Source: the human T2T-CHM13v2.0 reference genome, Homo sapiens
Direction: 5' to 3' (one strand)
Assembly: GCF_009914755.1 (NCBI RefSeq)
Contig: NC_060934.1
Length of the DNA: 64,000 nucleotides
Shown here: positions 44,503 through 57,960 of the stretch, piece after piece
Numbering within the stretch: position 1 is the stretch's first letter
Layout of the letters: each line of letters opens with the position of its first letter
Program-made: the position numbers and the translations under genes
The notes under the pieces: model-generated
The model's database searches: none
What the model was told of the DNA's origin: nothing
Seen by the model: the letters and a program-made list of their open reading frames with translations, nothing else

Positions 44503-44599
44503 AAAATAAAGTTTATTAGATATGCATTTCCATATCTTCTCTCTATAAAATTATTAATGGAGTTACTATAAATAATTTTAATGGACTATTATATAAATT

Positions 44600-45864
44600 A
44601 ATACATTGTCACTTATAACATTGTAGTTTACATCTCTAAAAGATAGAGATTTAAAGAAAATGACCATAATGCCATTCTTATACAATAATTTCTTAATATT
44701 CTAAAATGGTGCTTAGACTTTCCTAATTGTGTGTGTGTTTTTGAAAAAGTTGGTTTGTTTGAAGCAGGTTCCAGATAAGGTCCATAAATAGTGATTGACT
44801 GGTATGTCTCGCTTCACTTTTAATCTATAGATTTCCCCAATTTCTTCCTTTTTTCTTGCAAATCTTTTTGAACACACTGGGTCATTTGCTTTTACAGTTT
44901 CCTGTAATCTGGATTTTACTAATTGAATCTCTGTGGTGTTGTTTATCATGTTCCTCTGTTTCCTGTATTTCTTGTAAATTTGGCAAGACTACATTATCAG
45001 TGGTGGTATCTCCTTCCACCCAGGGTTATATATGTCTGGTTTGCTCTCTTTTTGTGATATCATCATCTGTTGATCTCTGCCTAACTCCATTAATTCTTTA
45101 GGGATTGCAAATGTTGTCATTCTTATTCTATCATTCCTATATCATTTATTAGTTAGAATATACCCACAACAGGAAACTCCCCTTTATTCACCAATTTTCA
45201 AAATTCACCAATTTTTACCATGCCTAGCATCATCCAAATGTGACTGATGAATTTATTTAAAGCATCATTATTCATTTATGGAGTCAAACAAATTTGATAT
45301 GTTTCAATTCATCCATTACAGTTTTATCCTAATTTGGGATCAAATTGTCTGACCCCAGGAATAAGAACTATTCAGTTTCTCCTGAATCTGTTTGAAACAC
45401 TCTTAGTAGTCATTTAATTTCTTTGCTTCCTGGTGTGACCATTTATTTAAGGGGGTTGGTTCTTTTTAGTGGGAAATAGTATCTAGATCCATCACTGGTG
45501 AGTGAGGAATACTAATTACTACTGGATTGGTTGTTTCTAGGACTTTGCAGGATACAAAATTGGGACATTTAAAGTATTTTCTTTTAAGTATAAATTAAGT
45601 CATACATTTATGCTGGTATTTCCATTTCAAAATCAGGACTAGAGTTTTACACAATCTCATCAATTTCCTTTTTCTCACATGATAAAAATCTGGATCTCAA
45701 TGTCACCAACACCATTTCTCACTTGCTTTATCCACACTACTCACATGACAGCCTCAGAAAAGCAAAATCACCACTACCAACACCAAAGTGACTGGTAATC
45801 ATTTCAGATTTTTTTAAAAAGATCTTTCTGTCTTTTGGGATGTATAATGAAATCGCTATGACAT
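44600..45864 (-). mobile_element. Old L1 (L1MC/MD-like) 3' region
   Basis: T-rich reverse L1 3'UTR-like sequence; continues after 46478. Confidence 0.55.
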
Positions 45865-45876
45865 AAAAGTTGCTTT

Positions 45877-46465
45877 GCAGTTTGGAGATTTCTGAAGGAA
45901 CTTAAAATCGAGCTACCGTTTGACCCAGCAATCCCATTAGTGGATATATACCCAAAATCATTCTAGCAAAAATACACCTACACTCGTATGTTTATCACAG
46001 CACTATTTACAACAGCAAAGACATGGACTCAACCTAAGTGCCCAGCAATGGTGGGCTGGATAAAGAAAATGTGGTACATATACACTATGGAATACTATGC
46101 AGCCATGAAAAAGATTGAAATCATGTTCTTTGCAGCAACATGGATACAGCTGGAGGCCATTATCTTGAGCAAATTAACGCAGGAACAGAAAACCAAATAT
46201 TGCATGTTCTCACTTCTAAGTGGGAGCCAAACACTGGGTACTCATGGACATAAAGATGGGAGCAATAGATACTGGAGACTACCAGAGAGGGGAGAGAGGG
46301 AAGGGACAAGGGTTGAAAAACTACCTATTGGGTACTATGCTCACTATCTGGCTGACAGGATCATTTATAACCCAAACCTCAGTGTTACACAATATACCTG
46401 TGTAACAAACCTGCATGTGAACCCCCAAATCTAAAATAAAAGTTGAAATTGTAATAAAATAAACC
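45877..46465 (+). mobile_element. 5'-truncated L1 (L1PB / old L1PA-like) nested in an older L1
   Basis: ORF2 C-terminal peptide (ALFTTAKTWTQPKCP...WIKKMWYIYTMEYYAA), 3'UTR, AATAAA; perfect TSD aaaagttgcttt (45865-45876, 46466-46477). Confidence 0.93.
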
Positions 46466-46477
46466 AAAAGTTGCTTT

Positions 46478-47330
46478 AAATAGTTCCTCCCTGTGTGTTT
46501 ATGCCATCAACCGATGTATATTTAGGATTTTTTAAAAAATATTTAGGAGTTGTTTAAAGTTAACTTTTTAATATTTATGCAACATGTTTATATCATTCTA
46601 AATCTCTGAGACAAGATACAGCCAAAGCTCATAGCTTCTATCATTATCTCATTCACTTTGCTGCATCATTTTTCCTGTGGGTACCAGTTAACCATTCTGT
46701 GTTTGTGATTGGTGAACTTTGCTGTATTTTAAAAATATAAATAAAAGTGTGTATATATTCATATCTTCCCTTTTCTAGAAAACAGCATATACTTTCTCAC
46801 CTCACTTTTGCATATAATAATATATCCTGAAAATCACTCTATGGTTGTACATAGAAGAGTTGCTCATTTCTTTTTAGAGTTATGCGATATTCTTTCATGC
46901 GGCTGGACCACAACTTATTTACTCAGACACCAATGGATAGACTTTTGGGTTATTCCAGGTTGCTTTTCTTTTGCTATGATAAATAATGCTGCAAAGAGTA
47001 GCCTTAGGAATAAGTGTTTTTGTATTTTTGGCAATCCATCTTAGGGGCAGATTTCCAGAAGTGGACCAAAGAGTAAATGCATATGTGATTTTGCTATACA
47101 TGTTGTCAAATTCCCTTTCATAGAAGCTGTACCTTCTTACATTCCCACCAGCAATCTCTGCAAGTGCCTCATTCTTCACGGTCTCTCCAATAAAATTCAT
47201 TGCCAACCTGTGGGCTTTTTTTCCCTCTGTAGAGAGAAATGGCATTTTCATGTCGCTTTAATTGGCATTTCTCTTACTATTAGCGAGACCAGCATCTTTC
47301 TTAAGTTTCAGCTCTATTTTCAGATAAGTG
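46478..47330 (-). mobile_element. Old L1 (L1M) 3'UTR / ORF2 end
   Basis: Reverse L1 motifs ataaataatgctgca, cattcccaccagcaat; ORF 46919-47251 is ORF2-C-terminus-like. Confidence 0.7.
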
Positions 47331-48774
47331 CATTTTAAAACAACTCATAAGCTATGCATCATCACTTAGCCTTAATTTATGGGTTGTATTTTGTGATACT
47401 GATTAAGTGCATTTGAGCAGACTATTCAGCAGATCCTTGGGGGCACTGATCACCAAATCTGTCTGAAGGTTCTAGAAATCTCTTCTACTTTAGGACAGCA
47501 CACTTGAGAAGTAGTATTATGAGGACTGAGGTTTAAACTCTTTGGCATATCTGGGGTATGTGATTGGAAATGGGTCTGAATTGGAATGTTGCCTTAATGA
47601 ACATGTGTATACAGCTTCACTATTTACTCAAATGAGAATTCTGTACCAACACAAACCAGATACCTCTTCATCAAGAACTTAACCCAATTAGGGAGTCCTG
47701 TTTAGCAAAAAGAAGGACTGGGGAAATGGTTTGCTTAAAATAGCCTTGGAGAAAGAACACACTTAAAGGCTGGGTTTTCGCATAGGAAAAATAAGACAGA
47801 GAATTGAAGAATCAATGATATGCCCCTCATATTTGCTAAAGAGATGAAATAGAATGAATTCCTGAAGGGCAGGGATAAAATGAAAAAGGACTGATAGAAG
47901 AAAATTACTCCATAGAAACAAAAACAAACTCAATGGGGAAAAGTAGAAAGAGGCAAGAGCAAAATTCCTATGGACTCCTACAATCTCAAAGTCTCTGGCT
48001 GCCATGAGACCTTCCCAGATCTTTGTAGGTCATGTAATTTTTCACACTTTTCTGACTTATTGATAAGGTCACCCATTTTTGTACTTTCTTGATAACATTC
48101 AATTTACCACCTTATTGTTCATATCCTATCTCTTATTACTTTCTATTTGTTTCACTTACATGAAAGGCTCTCCAAGGGTTGAAGAGCCCAAGAGATTCCA
48201 AGCTCCTCACCCTCTGGAAGATTAGACATCTACATAGTTTCTTGACTGAGAAACAAATATGGACTAGGGAGATACTGGTTGAATAAAAGCATCTCAGAAA
48301 AAAAAAAAAAAGCCTCCAAAGAAGCTTCTCAGAAGAAGCAATGGGTGAGATATTGTACCCTGAAAAACCTGAGAAGGAATCATTCATTTGTTCTCTTCCA
48401 TAGTCAGTTCCTTAGTAGACCATAATTTCCAGTTTGTTTCACTGTTGGATGAAAGTTACAAAGAAAGTGAAAGTTCTGCAAAGAAGGAGAAGAGAGTAGC
48501 AAAAGAATGTAAAATGAGTGTTACACGAAAAAGGCAACAGATATATAGTTGTTTCTTTTAAAGGACATAAAAATAGAGTGTCCCAATTGCTGTCATCCCC
48601 TGCACTTAAATTTGAACATATTCTCCTGCCGCAGAACAAAATACATAATCCAGTGTGTTTCCCTTTGTGTCTAAGCTGCCAGAAAAATTGGAGCAAAATT
48701 CATCAAGAATTTGTGTCAACTTCTCAATGTAATGCCTAGAAGTTTACATTATTTCCAGTTCTTAAAAATGCTTT

Positions 48775-49094
48775 GACCAGGTTCGGTGGCTCACGCTTGT
48801 AATCTCAGCACTTTGGGAGGCTGAGGTGGGCAGATCACTTGAGGTCAGGAGTTTAAGACTAGCCTGGCCAACATGGAGAAACCCTGTCTCTACTAAAACT
48901 ACAAAAATTAGCCGGGTGTGGTGGCGGGCGCCTGTAATCCCAGCGACTCAGGTGGTTGAGGCAGGAGAATCGCTTGAACCGGGAGGCAGAGGTTGCAGTC
49001 AGCCAAGATCACGACACTGCACTCCAGCCTGGGCCACACAGCAAGACTCCGTCTCCCTCCCCCAAACCCACCAAAAAAAAAAAAAAGTAAAAAA
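48775..49094 (+). mobile_element. Alu (AluS-type)
   Basis: Full dimer with C-interrupted tail. Confidence 0.95.
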
Positions 49095-49102
49095 GGTTTT
49101 CA

Positions 49103-49232
49103 ACTCGGGAGGCTGAGGTGGGAGGATCACTTGAGCTCAGGAGGTCAAGGCTGCAGTGAGCTGAGATTGCGCCACTATATTCCAGGCTGGGCAACAAAGC
49201 GAGATGCTGTAAAAAAAAAAAAAAAAAAAAAA
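49103..49232 (+). mobile_element. AluJ right-arm fragment
   Basis: gggaggatcacttgag...ggaggtcaaggctgcagtgagc plus A tail. Confidence 0.9.
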
Positions 49233-49714
49233 GCTCTTTTCTTTATTTTTAAGTGTTTTATCCATGAGCCATAGAAAATACTACAGATGTGGTTAAAAAA
49301 AAAACAAGTATGCATACACAAACTGCTGTCCAATATAGAAGAAGGATTTTATAAAAAGGTCATCCAAAACTTTGTCTAGTTTAGAAGATCAAATAAGGAG
49401 AAACTGGTTCATGAAAATAATGAAAAGAATTCACTCAAAAGAAAAAAAATTCCTTCTTGCCCATGATCAAATGTGGAAACGGGGGTGCTGACACGGACAT
49501 CCCTGTCTTTGAAAACAGCAAACTTGAGAGATTTTATAAATTGTAAGTGATCTGTAAGGCTATTCTCTTTTATAATTATTCAAGATGAGAATGCAGAAAT
49601 AAACATTCGGGACAATGGAGGCATTCACCCATTTATTGAGACGGCAAGACTGGAAGATACTCCAAAAAATGGTCCATCTAGTCACCTGAAATATATTAGA
49701 GCAGCTTTCTTGCT

Positions 49715-49752
49715 AACAAAACAAAACAAAACAAAACAAAACAAAACAAAAA
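49715..49752. repeat. (AAAAC)n microsatellite
   Basis: About 7 perfect units. Confidence 0.9.
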
Positions 49753-49904
49753 CCTGTAAATTCCTTGTTATCTGAAAACCACTGCAGAGGCATTTTTCTT
49801 CTGCCACCATTGAAATGTTTTAATCTGCCAAACATACCTCAGAATTCTTTCACAAGCAGTTACTTTTTTCTTTTTAATGGTTATTTAAATTTTTTAGTTC
49901 TGTG

Positions 49905-50070
49905 TATTTTATTTTATTATTATTATTTGTTTTAGAGATAGCGTCTCCTTCTGTCACCTAGGCTGGAGTGCAGTGGTGCAGTCATAGGTCACTGCAGCCT
50001 TGAATTCTTGGGCTCAAGCTATCCTGCCTCAGCCTCCCAAGTATCTGGGACTAAAGGCATGCTAAAAATT
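49905..50070 (-). mobile_element. AluJ right-arm fragment
   Basis: cactgcagccttgaattcttgggctcaag diagnostics. Confidence 0.85.
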
Positions 50071-50074
50071 TTTA

Positions 50075-50370
50075 AGAAATGTGAGAAAGTACACATATCA
50101 TAAAATTTACCTTCTTTATTTTTAAGTTCAGTAGTGTCAATTACATTTATGTTGTTGTACAAGTAATCGCCTAAACATTTTCATCTTGCAAAACAGAAAT
50201 TTTGTATCCGTTAAACAATTATTCCCTCTCTACCCTAGCTTAGCCCCTGATAACTATCATTCTGCTTTCTGTCTCTGCGAATTTGACTCTTCTAGGAATT
50301 CATGTAAGTGGAATCCTACATTATTTCCTTTTATGACTGGTTTATTTCACTTAGCATAATGTCCTCCAGG
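50075..50370 (-). mobile_element. L1MB-like 3' fragment
   Basis: tttcatcttgcaaaac.gaaa, gcccctgataactatcattctgctttctgtctct, tttcacttagcataatgtcctc. Confidence 0.8.
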
Positions 50371-51007
50371 TGCACAGGCAATATTCTACCCTCGATTTAT
50401 TTATTCTGCTTTTTAAAATCATGAGTCTGTCTATGCCATGGGTTTCCCTGAGGCATGGATCCACTGAGAATGATGAAATAACATCCCAAGCTGTGATTTG
50501 GCTCAAGGCTTTATTGTTGCCATTGGACAGTTATAAAATGCCCAGATGTTTAGCTCAGGAATTACTTCACCTTACACAGTCCTCTACCCTGCAGGGATAG
50601 CTAAGCTTGCAGCACTATGGTTAGGGAAAGATCAAAGTACAGAAGTCATTAAGAATGAATTTTAATAAAATTAATCCATCAATTCACTGTGGATTAATTC
50701 ATCCACAATGAATTCATACATATAAGAAATGTCTATGAAACCTACCTACTATGGGCAATGCATTACGTCATGTACCAAAAAGAATAAGCCATGATCCTGG
50801 CAGGGAGAAATCTTATTGAGAGATTAGGTAAATATATTTTTGAGTAGCATAAGAGGTGGTTACAGGATTTTATGACTAACTGACAAACTAATGACAAAAA
50901 ATTAAGTGGTGTGTGCTGTGGAGGGGGAGGACATCCTGCAGGGCAGGTGGAGGAGGGAGTAGGATTCACCCACAGCTCCTAATCCATTGTAGATACTCCA
51001 TGATTAT

Positions 51008-51118
51008 GGAAGGAAGGAAGGAAGGAAGGAAGGGAGGGAGAGGAGGGGAGGGGAGGGGAGGGGAGGAAGGCAGGGAAGGAAGGGAGGGAAGGAAGGGTGG
51101 GAGGGAGGGAGGGAAAAA
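51008..51118. repeat. GA-rich (GGAA/GGAG)n repeat
   Basis: Polypurine tract. Confidence 0.92.
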
Positions 51119-51616
51119 GACAAACAGAATGATGAAATAGCTTTATGGCCCAGGGAATAGAGTGAGCAAATGCTTGGTGTTGAGAAAATGCACAATTAAT
51201 TTGAGAAACGGTGAGCAGACTCATTTGTCAGAAGGAAGGGTAGAAACACAGAAAGATGTTGGTAAGGGGGCCAGCCATGGAATGTGGCCCAGCTGGGGAG
51301 GGCCCAGAGCAGTCAAGTCCATGTTTGAATTTAATTCTCTAAGTAATTAGGAGCTGTGTAGATCAGTGAGCAGCAGTAACATGATTAATGTGGCATTTTA
51401 GGAGGATTAATCTGGCAGGTGTGCCTGATGGAGGAGCACAGAGGAGAGGGTAGAAGACGAGAGAGCAGTTTGCGGCGGTCTCGATGTGGTTGTGTCTATT
51501 TTCTTGCAATTTATTTCAAAAGAATAAAATAGCTTTCAAGAGATAACAATAGCTCCACCAGGACCTCACCCATCTTCACACTGGGCTTTGCTTATAGGAG
51601 GGAATGATTAAACTTT

Positions 51617-51917
<301 letters not shown>

Positions 51918-52280
51918 TAAACTTTTTTTCTTTCCAAATTCAAAAGGAAACTATGCTTCCAACTCCCCCTTCCCTCAATGTGTGTAATTATTACAATTAC
52001 AGTGACAGACAAAGAGGTTATTAAATAATGGCTCGGTGTAAGTGTGGGTTAAGAGTGAAACACTCACTGAGAGGGCAGTCCTGAGCAGCCTGGAGGAGAA
52101 GGAGCTTGGGGACCTAGTACAGGTTCGGACTGGAATCCCCTACAGAGTTGTATTCTGTGGACTTAGGAGAAAACCAGCTCAAAGAATCCTGCCTGGTGTG
52201 CTGATTTTCATTTCATTTGTCATCATTATTATTGTATTTTCAAAAATAGATATACATAGATACATCGTTTAAAAGTTATA

Positions 52281-52726
52281 CAGTTGACTCTTGAACAATG
52301 CGGTTGAGCTGCCAGGGTCCACTTACACGTGAATTTTCTTCTGCCTCTGCCATTTCTGAGACAGCAAAACCAACCTCTCCTCTTCCTCCTCAGCCCACCC
52401 AACGTGAAGATGAGTAGGATAAAGGCCTTTATGATGATCCAGACCCACTTCCACCTAATGAGTAGAAAATATATTTTCTTCCTTGCAATTTTCTTAGCAA
52501 CATTTTCTTTTCTCTAGCTTACTTTATTGTGAGGATAAAGTATAGAATGCATAGAACATACAAAATATGTGTTAAGTGGCTGTATGTGTTATTGATAAGG
52601 CTTCTGGTGAAGATCAACAGTAGACTATTAGTAGTTAAATTCTGGGGGACTCAGAAGTTATACCTAGATTTCTGACTGAAAGGGGTATCAATGCCCCTAA
52701 CCCCTATGTTGTTCAAGGATCCACTG
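52281..52726 (+). mobile_element. Tigger2a-like DNA transposon relic
   Basis: TIRs cagttgactcttgaacaa / ttgttcaaggatccactg, TA TSDs, ~446 bp. Confidence 0.85.
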
Positions 52727-52932
52727 TACATAAAAAAGCCATTTTCAGAAATTATTTGTTGCTTATTTCTTCAAGTTATCCAAATCGAAGGCTATTTAGT
52801 AACACTCTAATTGGTCAAAGGCTATTGTAAAGCCCTATTTGGAAATGCATGAGTGTGCGCGCGCGTGTGTGCGTGTGTGTGTGTGCTGCCATTGTTCTCT
52901 TCTTCCTCTTCTTTCTCCTCCTTCTCCTCCAG

Positions 52933-53064
52933 CAGGTTCCTATTATTGAAAAGCACACCTTTATCTGTACCTGAATAATCTGGGAGTCACATCTCCGAGC
53001 CTCTGCTGCTCTGCATCCCACCTCACCCCCAGCCCATCCTATCGCCAAGGATGCGAGAGCTACT
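52933..53064 (+). other. Candidate exon (NAGNAG acceptor, GTGAGT donor, ATG at 53051)
   Basis: 36-nt pure pyrimidine tract 52895-52930 followed by CAGCAG; donor ACT|GTGAGT; no transcript evidence available. Confidence 0.35.
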
Positions 53065-54583
53065 GTGAGTCGGCCAGACTCCAGCAGGGCATAGCCTTGG
53101 CCTGCAGTCTCAGTAGGGGGTGCCTTCAAAGGCTCAAGCACACGTACTTGTGGGTATGGCTGCTTTTGGAAATTTTGTCTTCTCCCTGTGGCTTCTCTGA
53201 AAGGTCACTCACTGCCGACTGTGTGCGCCAGCAAAAGTTCTGGGAAGATGGCTTGGGCTAGTTTCCTGCAGACTTGGGTGGATTCATTCCTAATTCCTTT
53301 TGGTTATTTTCCTCAGGCTCTCTTCTTTGTGAGTAAGCTCTGGCCTTTCCACCAGCCAGGTCCTACTTCGGAGACACAGGTAGGGCTTAAGGAGCCTCAT
53401 TTGAGCCAGCTGGGGTCCCAGGGCTCACTTCCATTGATTTCAAAAACCCCAGGAAGAGCCAGCGGAAAGGGCATATACCCATGCTCCAAAGCTTCTGTCC
53501 ATCATTTGGAAGATGGTTCTTCAAGTCTTCACTTGGAATGGATTTATTCCTATTTTTAGCCATAATTCTAATAAGCCCATTTTTCCGTTTCCTCAATTCT
53601 CATTCATTTACCACCTGTAATGTAGGAGAGGAAGACCCAAAAAGAGCAGAAAGGAATGACCACTGCAAATTTGACAATGAGGGAGGGGCGTGGAGGAAGA
53701 CTCAATGCAGAGATGGCGGCCAGAGAATCACTCCCTAAAACCCCAGCTATCAGATGAAAGAGAGAATGGCCCAATGCCTCTTTGGGGTCAGCTGACATTT
53801 TTTTGGAGAAATTTGAGAGGTACCAAACAGGGAAGAAATCTGGGTGTCTAGGCTTAAGCCCCTTTCAGAGAGTTTCAGAATCCTGCAGATCCGCTGGTAG
53901 GCATCTCAGCCTGCAAAATCCCATTTAAGCTACTGGGATTAGCACATGCTGAGGGGTTCAGCACTGGATCCATGCCGGCCCTCTGCATACTGAATGCCAA
54001 AGAGCAAGTTGTGAGTGGATGTGGGAGAAGGTACTGAAGTACTGTAGGAGGAGAAAGAATGGGATAGAAAGAGTGGGCACACAGTGACATAAGACATGAC
54101 TGCCTACCTGCTACCCATACACTCACTCCCCCACCCACCAAGCAAGCCTCTTAGACCACCTAGGATATTCCAGAGACTGTGCTGTGTTCTAAGGAGACCA
54201 AATGAGAGCCTGTCCCCTGGAAGCTTGCAGTCTAGAGCAGGTCACCTTCAAAATCCAATGTGTGTTTTATAGTAACAGCACACCTCATTTCAGAGTCACT
54301 CTGCAAGTGACAATAGACACCTGTGCTGATGGCTACTGCCTTGCACGCTGCAGGTATAGGCAAATCTGGCTATTCCTTGATCACAACTAATGCAAAAGTC
54401 CCAGGCCATCTGTGGTTGGCCTCTTATCACTTATTTCATAGCTCTCACAAAATCACAAATATATACGAAAAATAATAATTACTTTTCCCTAGTTAGCTAT
54501 ACTATGACTAGTCTTAGAGTCTTCTTCCCAGAGATGAGGATATTGCTTATATAATTGTTCTCCTCTCCCTTACTCATAGACAT

Positions 54584-54979
54584 TGATAAAGTTTGGATAT
54601 TTGTCCCCTTTTAATCTCATGTGGAAATGTGACTCCCAGTGTTGGAGGGAGGGCCTGGTGGGAGATGTTTGGATCATGGGAAAGGATCCTTCATGAGTGG
54701 TTTGGTGCTGTCCTTGGGGTAATGAGTGAGTTCTCGCTCTTAGTTTGCACAAGAACTGGTGGTTAAAAAGAGCCTGGTACCTCCCTCCCCGCTCTCTCTT
54801 GCCATGTGACATCCCTGCCCCCTCTCCATCTTCCACCATGATTGGAAGCTTCCTGAGGTCTGCACCAGAAGCAGATGCCAGTGCCATGGTTCTTGTCTGC
54901 AGAACCAGAATAAGCCTCCTTTCTTATAAATTACCCAGCCTCAGGTATCTCTTCATAGCAATGCAAATGGACTAAGACA
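54584..54979 (+). mobile_element. MSTB-like solo LTR
   Basis: TG...CA ends, MST motifs (agaagcagatgcc, ttataaattacccagcctcaggta); perfect TSD GACAT. Confidence 0.92.
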
Positions 54980-56039
54980 GACATCAACTTAAAACTCCAC
55001 TGAGCTCCTTGGAAGCCCACACCCTTAACTATCAGCATTGCTGGCTGTATAGCATTCTCTGAAAGAAGCATTGCCCATAATAAACACTCAATAAATAGCT
55101 TTCAGTGAATGGCTGAAGAAGTAGTTGGCAAGCATCATTTTCAAGGCACTAGGAAAACAGGACCAATATTCAGAAACACATCAGATCATGCGTGCCTTAG
55201 TTGTTTTTCTCCTCGGGCTATTGCACCTTCTGTGCATGCAAATGGAAGGGTTGGTTATGAAAATTGCATGCCTTGCATCATTACTCTGTTCTATTAGAAA
55301 CCAGACCCGAAAGAAACACAGGGACATGTTTCACTTCAGAAACGTGTGTAGCATATGTTAGGAAGCCCTGGAAACCGCCACGACAGTTTATTGTTCACCT
55401 CGGATTCAAGCGAAGAATGCACACTGGTGGGTGGTTTTTGCATGTTCATTCCTCTGTTAAGATCACATTGAGCCCATTGGAATGGGTGGATTGAACAGAA
55501 ATAATGCAGTGTTTTATTTCTTGTGTATTCTACCTTGGCTGAAAGCAGATACGGAGAGTTACCGCCAACCTTTGCTTGCCTTGGGGTCCACCAAGTTCTG
55601 ATGCTACAAATGAAAAAGGCTTGACAGCTGAGATGGCCATAGGGGTGGAGGAAGCCTTACAATCACAGGGTCTGGGGGCTAAAAGGAGACTCAGTGGGTT
55701 ACAGAACTCAGCTTCCTCACCACGGAGAGACCCCATTTATAGCAGCTTTAAAAACAAGCAGTAAACAAATGCCATGTTATAAAAATACTTGCCCAGTCCC
55801 CTGGCCCTCCATAAATAGGACAGTGAACTCAAACCAGCACCTGACATAATTTATCTTCACCTGCCATAATTTTTCCTTGCTTCCAGAAGAGAGGAAATGG
55901 CTATTGGCCTAGCAAAGCTACACCATCCAAAGAAGAGGTATCTAACTTCCTGTTATGTTACATCTGTCTTGGTGCTGAAATTTACTTGTGCTTTCTTGGT
56001 TTGTTTTTGGTTAAAAGCAGGGCTCTGTGGCCATTGGGA

Positions 56040-56284
56040 GAATGTCCCTAGCAGACCTCCTGCAGCAGAGCTCATCACTGATTGAGGGCCCAGGGCTATG
56101 CATTGAAATGCATCTCTGTGCTTGCACTGAGGCCCTGCCTCCTGTGGGCTGTTCCATGTCAGTGACTGAGTACAGCAGAGATACCTAAGGTAGCTGATTC
56201 CTGGAAGACACTGGCATTTCCCCTACTAAAATCCTTGCATGAGGAAGTTTGTCTTGGTGTCTTCTTGGAGGACCCAGACTAACA
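56040..56284 (+). mobile_element. LTR16A-like relic
   Basis: gcactgaggcc...gtgactgagtacagcag...cttggaggacccagactaaca end. Confidence 0.6.
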
Positions 56285-57604
56285 TGGACTCTATTCCATG
56301 AATCCAGAAGAAGGCAAGAGTCCATCACAAGGCAGAGCCTGAACAGAGCCTAGCATGTGACAGGCACTGAAGAAATATTTACTGAATGAATGAGAGAGCC
56401 TCCAACAGCTAATGAGGTGGCCCTAGCAAGGAGGATGGATCTTTTTATAAAATTGTACAAGCAACAACCTGTTGGCCTCCCATCATTGGGACCAGTGCCC
56501 TCTACTTCTGAGCTAGCAGGAGCCCCATTTCCTAGAAGTTGATAGGGGTTTCTCATGTCATGGAGATGCAGACTCTGGGTCTCTGAGATTCTCACTTAGA
56601 ATTTAGCAGCCTGCTTCATTGAGCTCAGGGTTCCCAAAGCATCAGACAATGAGAAGAGAAAGGAGGCCCCAACCAAATGGCAGCATTGCTAGGTGAAGGC
56701 TGAAGGTCACTAGAAGCAAGATAGGCTGGTCACCTGTGGGAGAGAGAAGGTGGAAGGAGGGTGGAAGGAGAATGGAAGTAGAGTTTGAAGAGCTGGCTAC
56801 GTTCATTCATTCAGTCAATATTTCTTGTGTACCTGTCACGTGCTAGGTGCCTTTCAGGCCGTGCCTTTTGATGGACTTTTGCCTTCTTCTGGGTGAGCAG
56901 AAAGGAGTCCTTGTGAGTGTAGGTCCTCCAAGAAGAACTGAATTGCAGCACAATTTCAACATGGGCAATATGGGCACCTATACTTGCAGAGAGGTGTTTA
57001 TCTGTCCCTAGAAAGTACCCTCGTGCCTCATGGGGACACATTTAGGGTCACCTGGAAGCCTAGGACCATTGTCTTTTCCTGGCTACGGAAGTGTGGCCCT
57101 GTTTAGAGGATGGGGTGAGGCCTGGATGCCAAAATTACCCAAGCAGTCAGCGCAGACCCTGCCACATGGTGATATTTTAAAAGACTGTGAAATTGCCAAA
57201 GAATTTAAACTCCAAACCTCCATATGAGTTTGACCAAACACCTACTAAACTCTAATCTCTGGAGCTGAGGCCCAGGAATCTGAATTTTAACAAGCACCTT
57301 GGAGATTCTGGCCTCTCAATGTTGCCTCCACTGCCAGAGTTAAAGATGCCATGCTTGGCAACCTTAGGTGAGAGAGAGCCGTTCTTGGTAGCACACTGAA
57401 AAGGTGAGAGGTCACAGAGAGTCTTGGGGGACCCAGACTCTGTAAATTTCTGCAGAAATTTGATGGAAGGAACTTCAGTCACTGGCCAAATAGAATCAGA
57501 AACCCCAGGATCTTCTTCCCCTGAATGCCCAGAGTCTTGACTTACAAACTTTTGTTTTCTGGCACAGGCATTCAGTGGTGGGACTTTGGGCATCAATTCC
57601 TGGC

Positions 57605-57960
57605 TATATTCGGCTGTTCTCACACTGCTAATAAAGGCATACCTGAGGCTGGGTAATTTATGAAGAAAAGAGGTTTAATGGACTCACAGTTCCACATGGC
57701 TATGGAGGCCTCACAATCATGGTGGAAGATGAAGGAAGAGCAAAGTCATGTCTTACACAGTGGCCGGCAAGAGAGCTTGTGCAGGGGAACTCCCATTTAT
57801 AAAACCATCAGATATCATGAGACTTATTTACTACAACGAGAACAGTACGGGGGAAACTGCTCCCATGATTCAATTACCTCCCCTTGGCCCCACCCTTGAC
57901 ATGTGGGGATTATTACAATTCAAGGTGAGATTTGGGTAGGGACCCAGCCAAACCATATCA
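57605..57960 (-). mobile_element. THE1 (B/C-like) solo LTR
   Basis: ctgctaataaaggcatacctgag...aaaaccatcagat...cagccaaaccatatca; TSD ctggc/ctgac. Confidence 0.92.
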
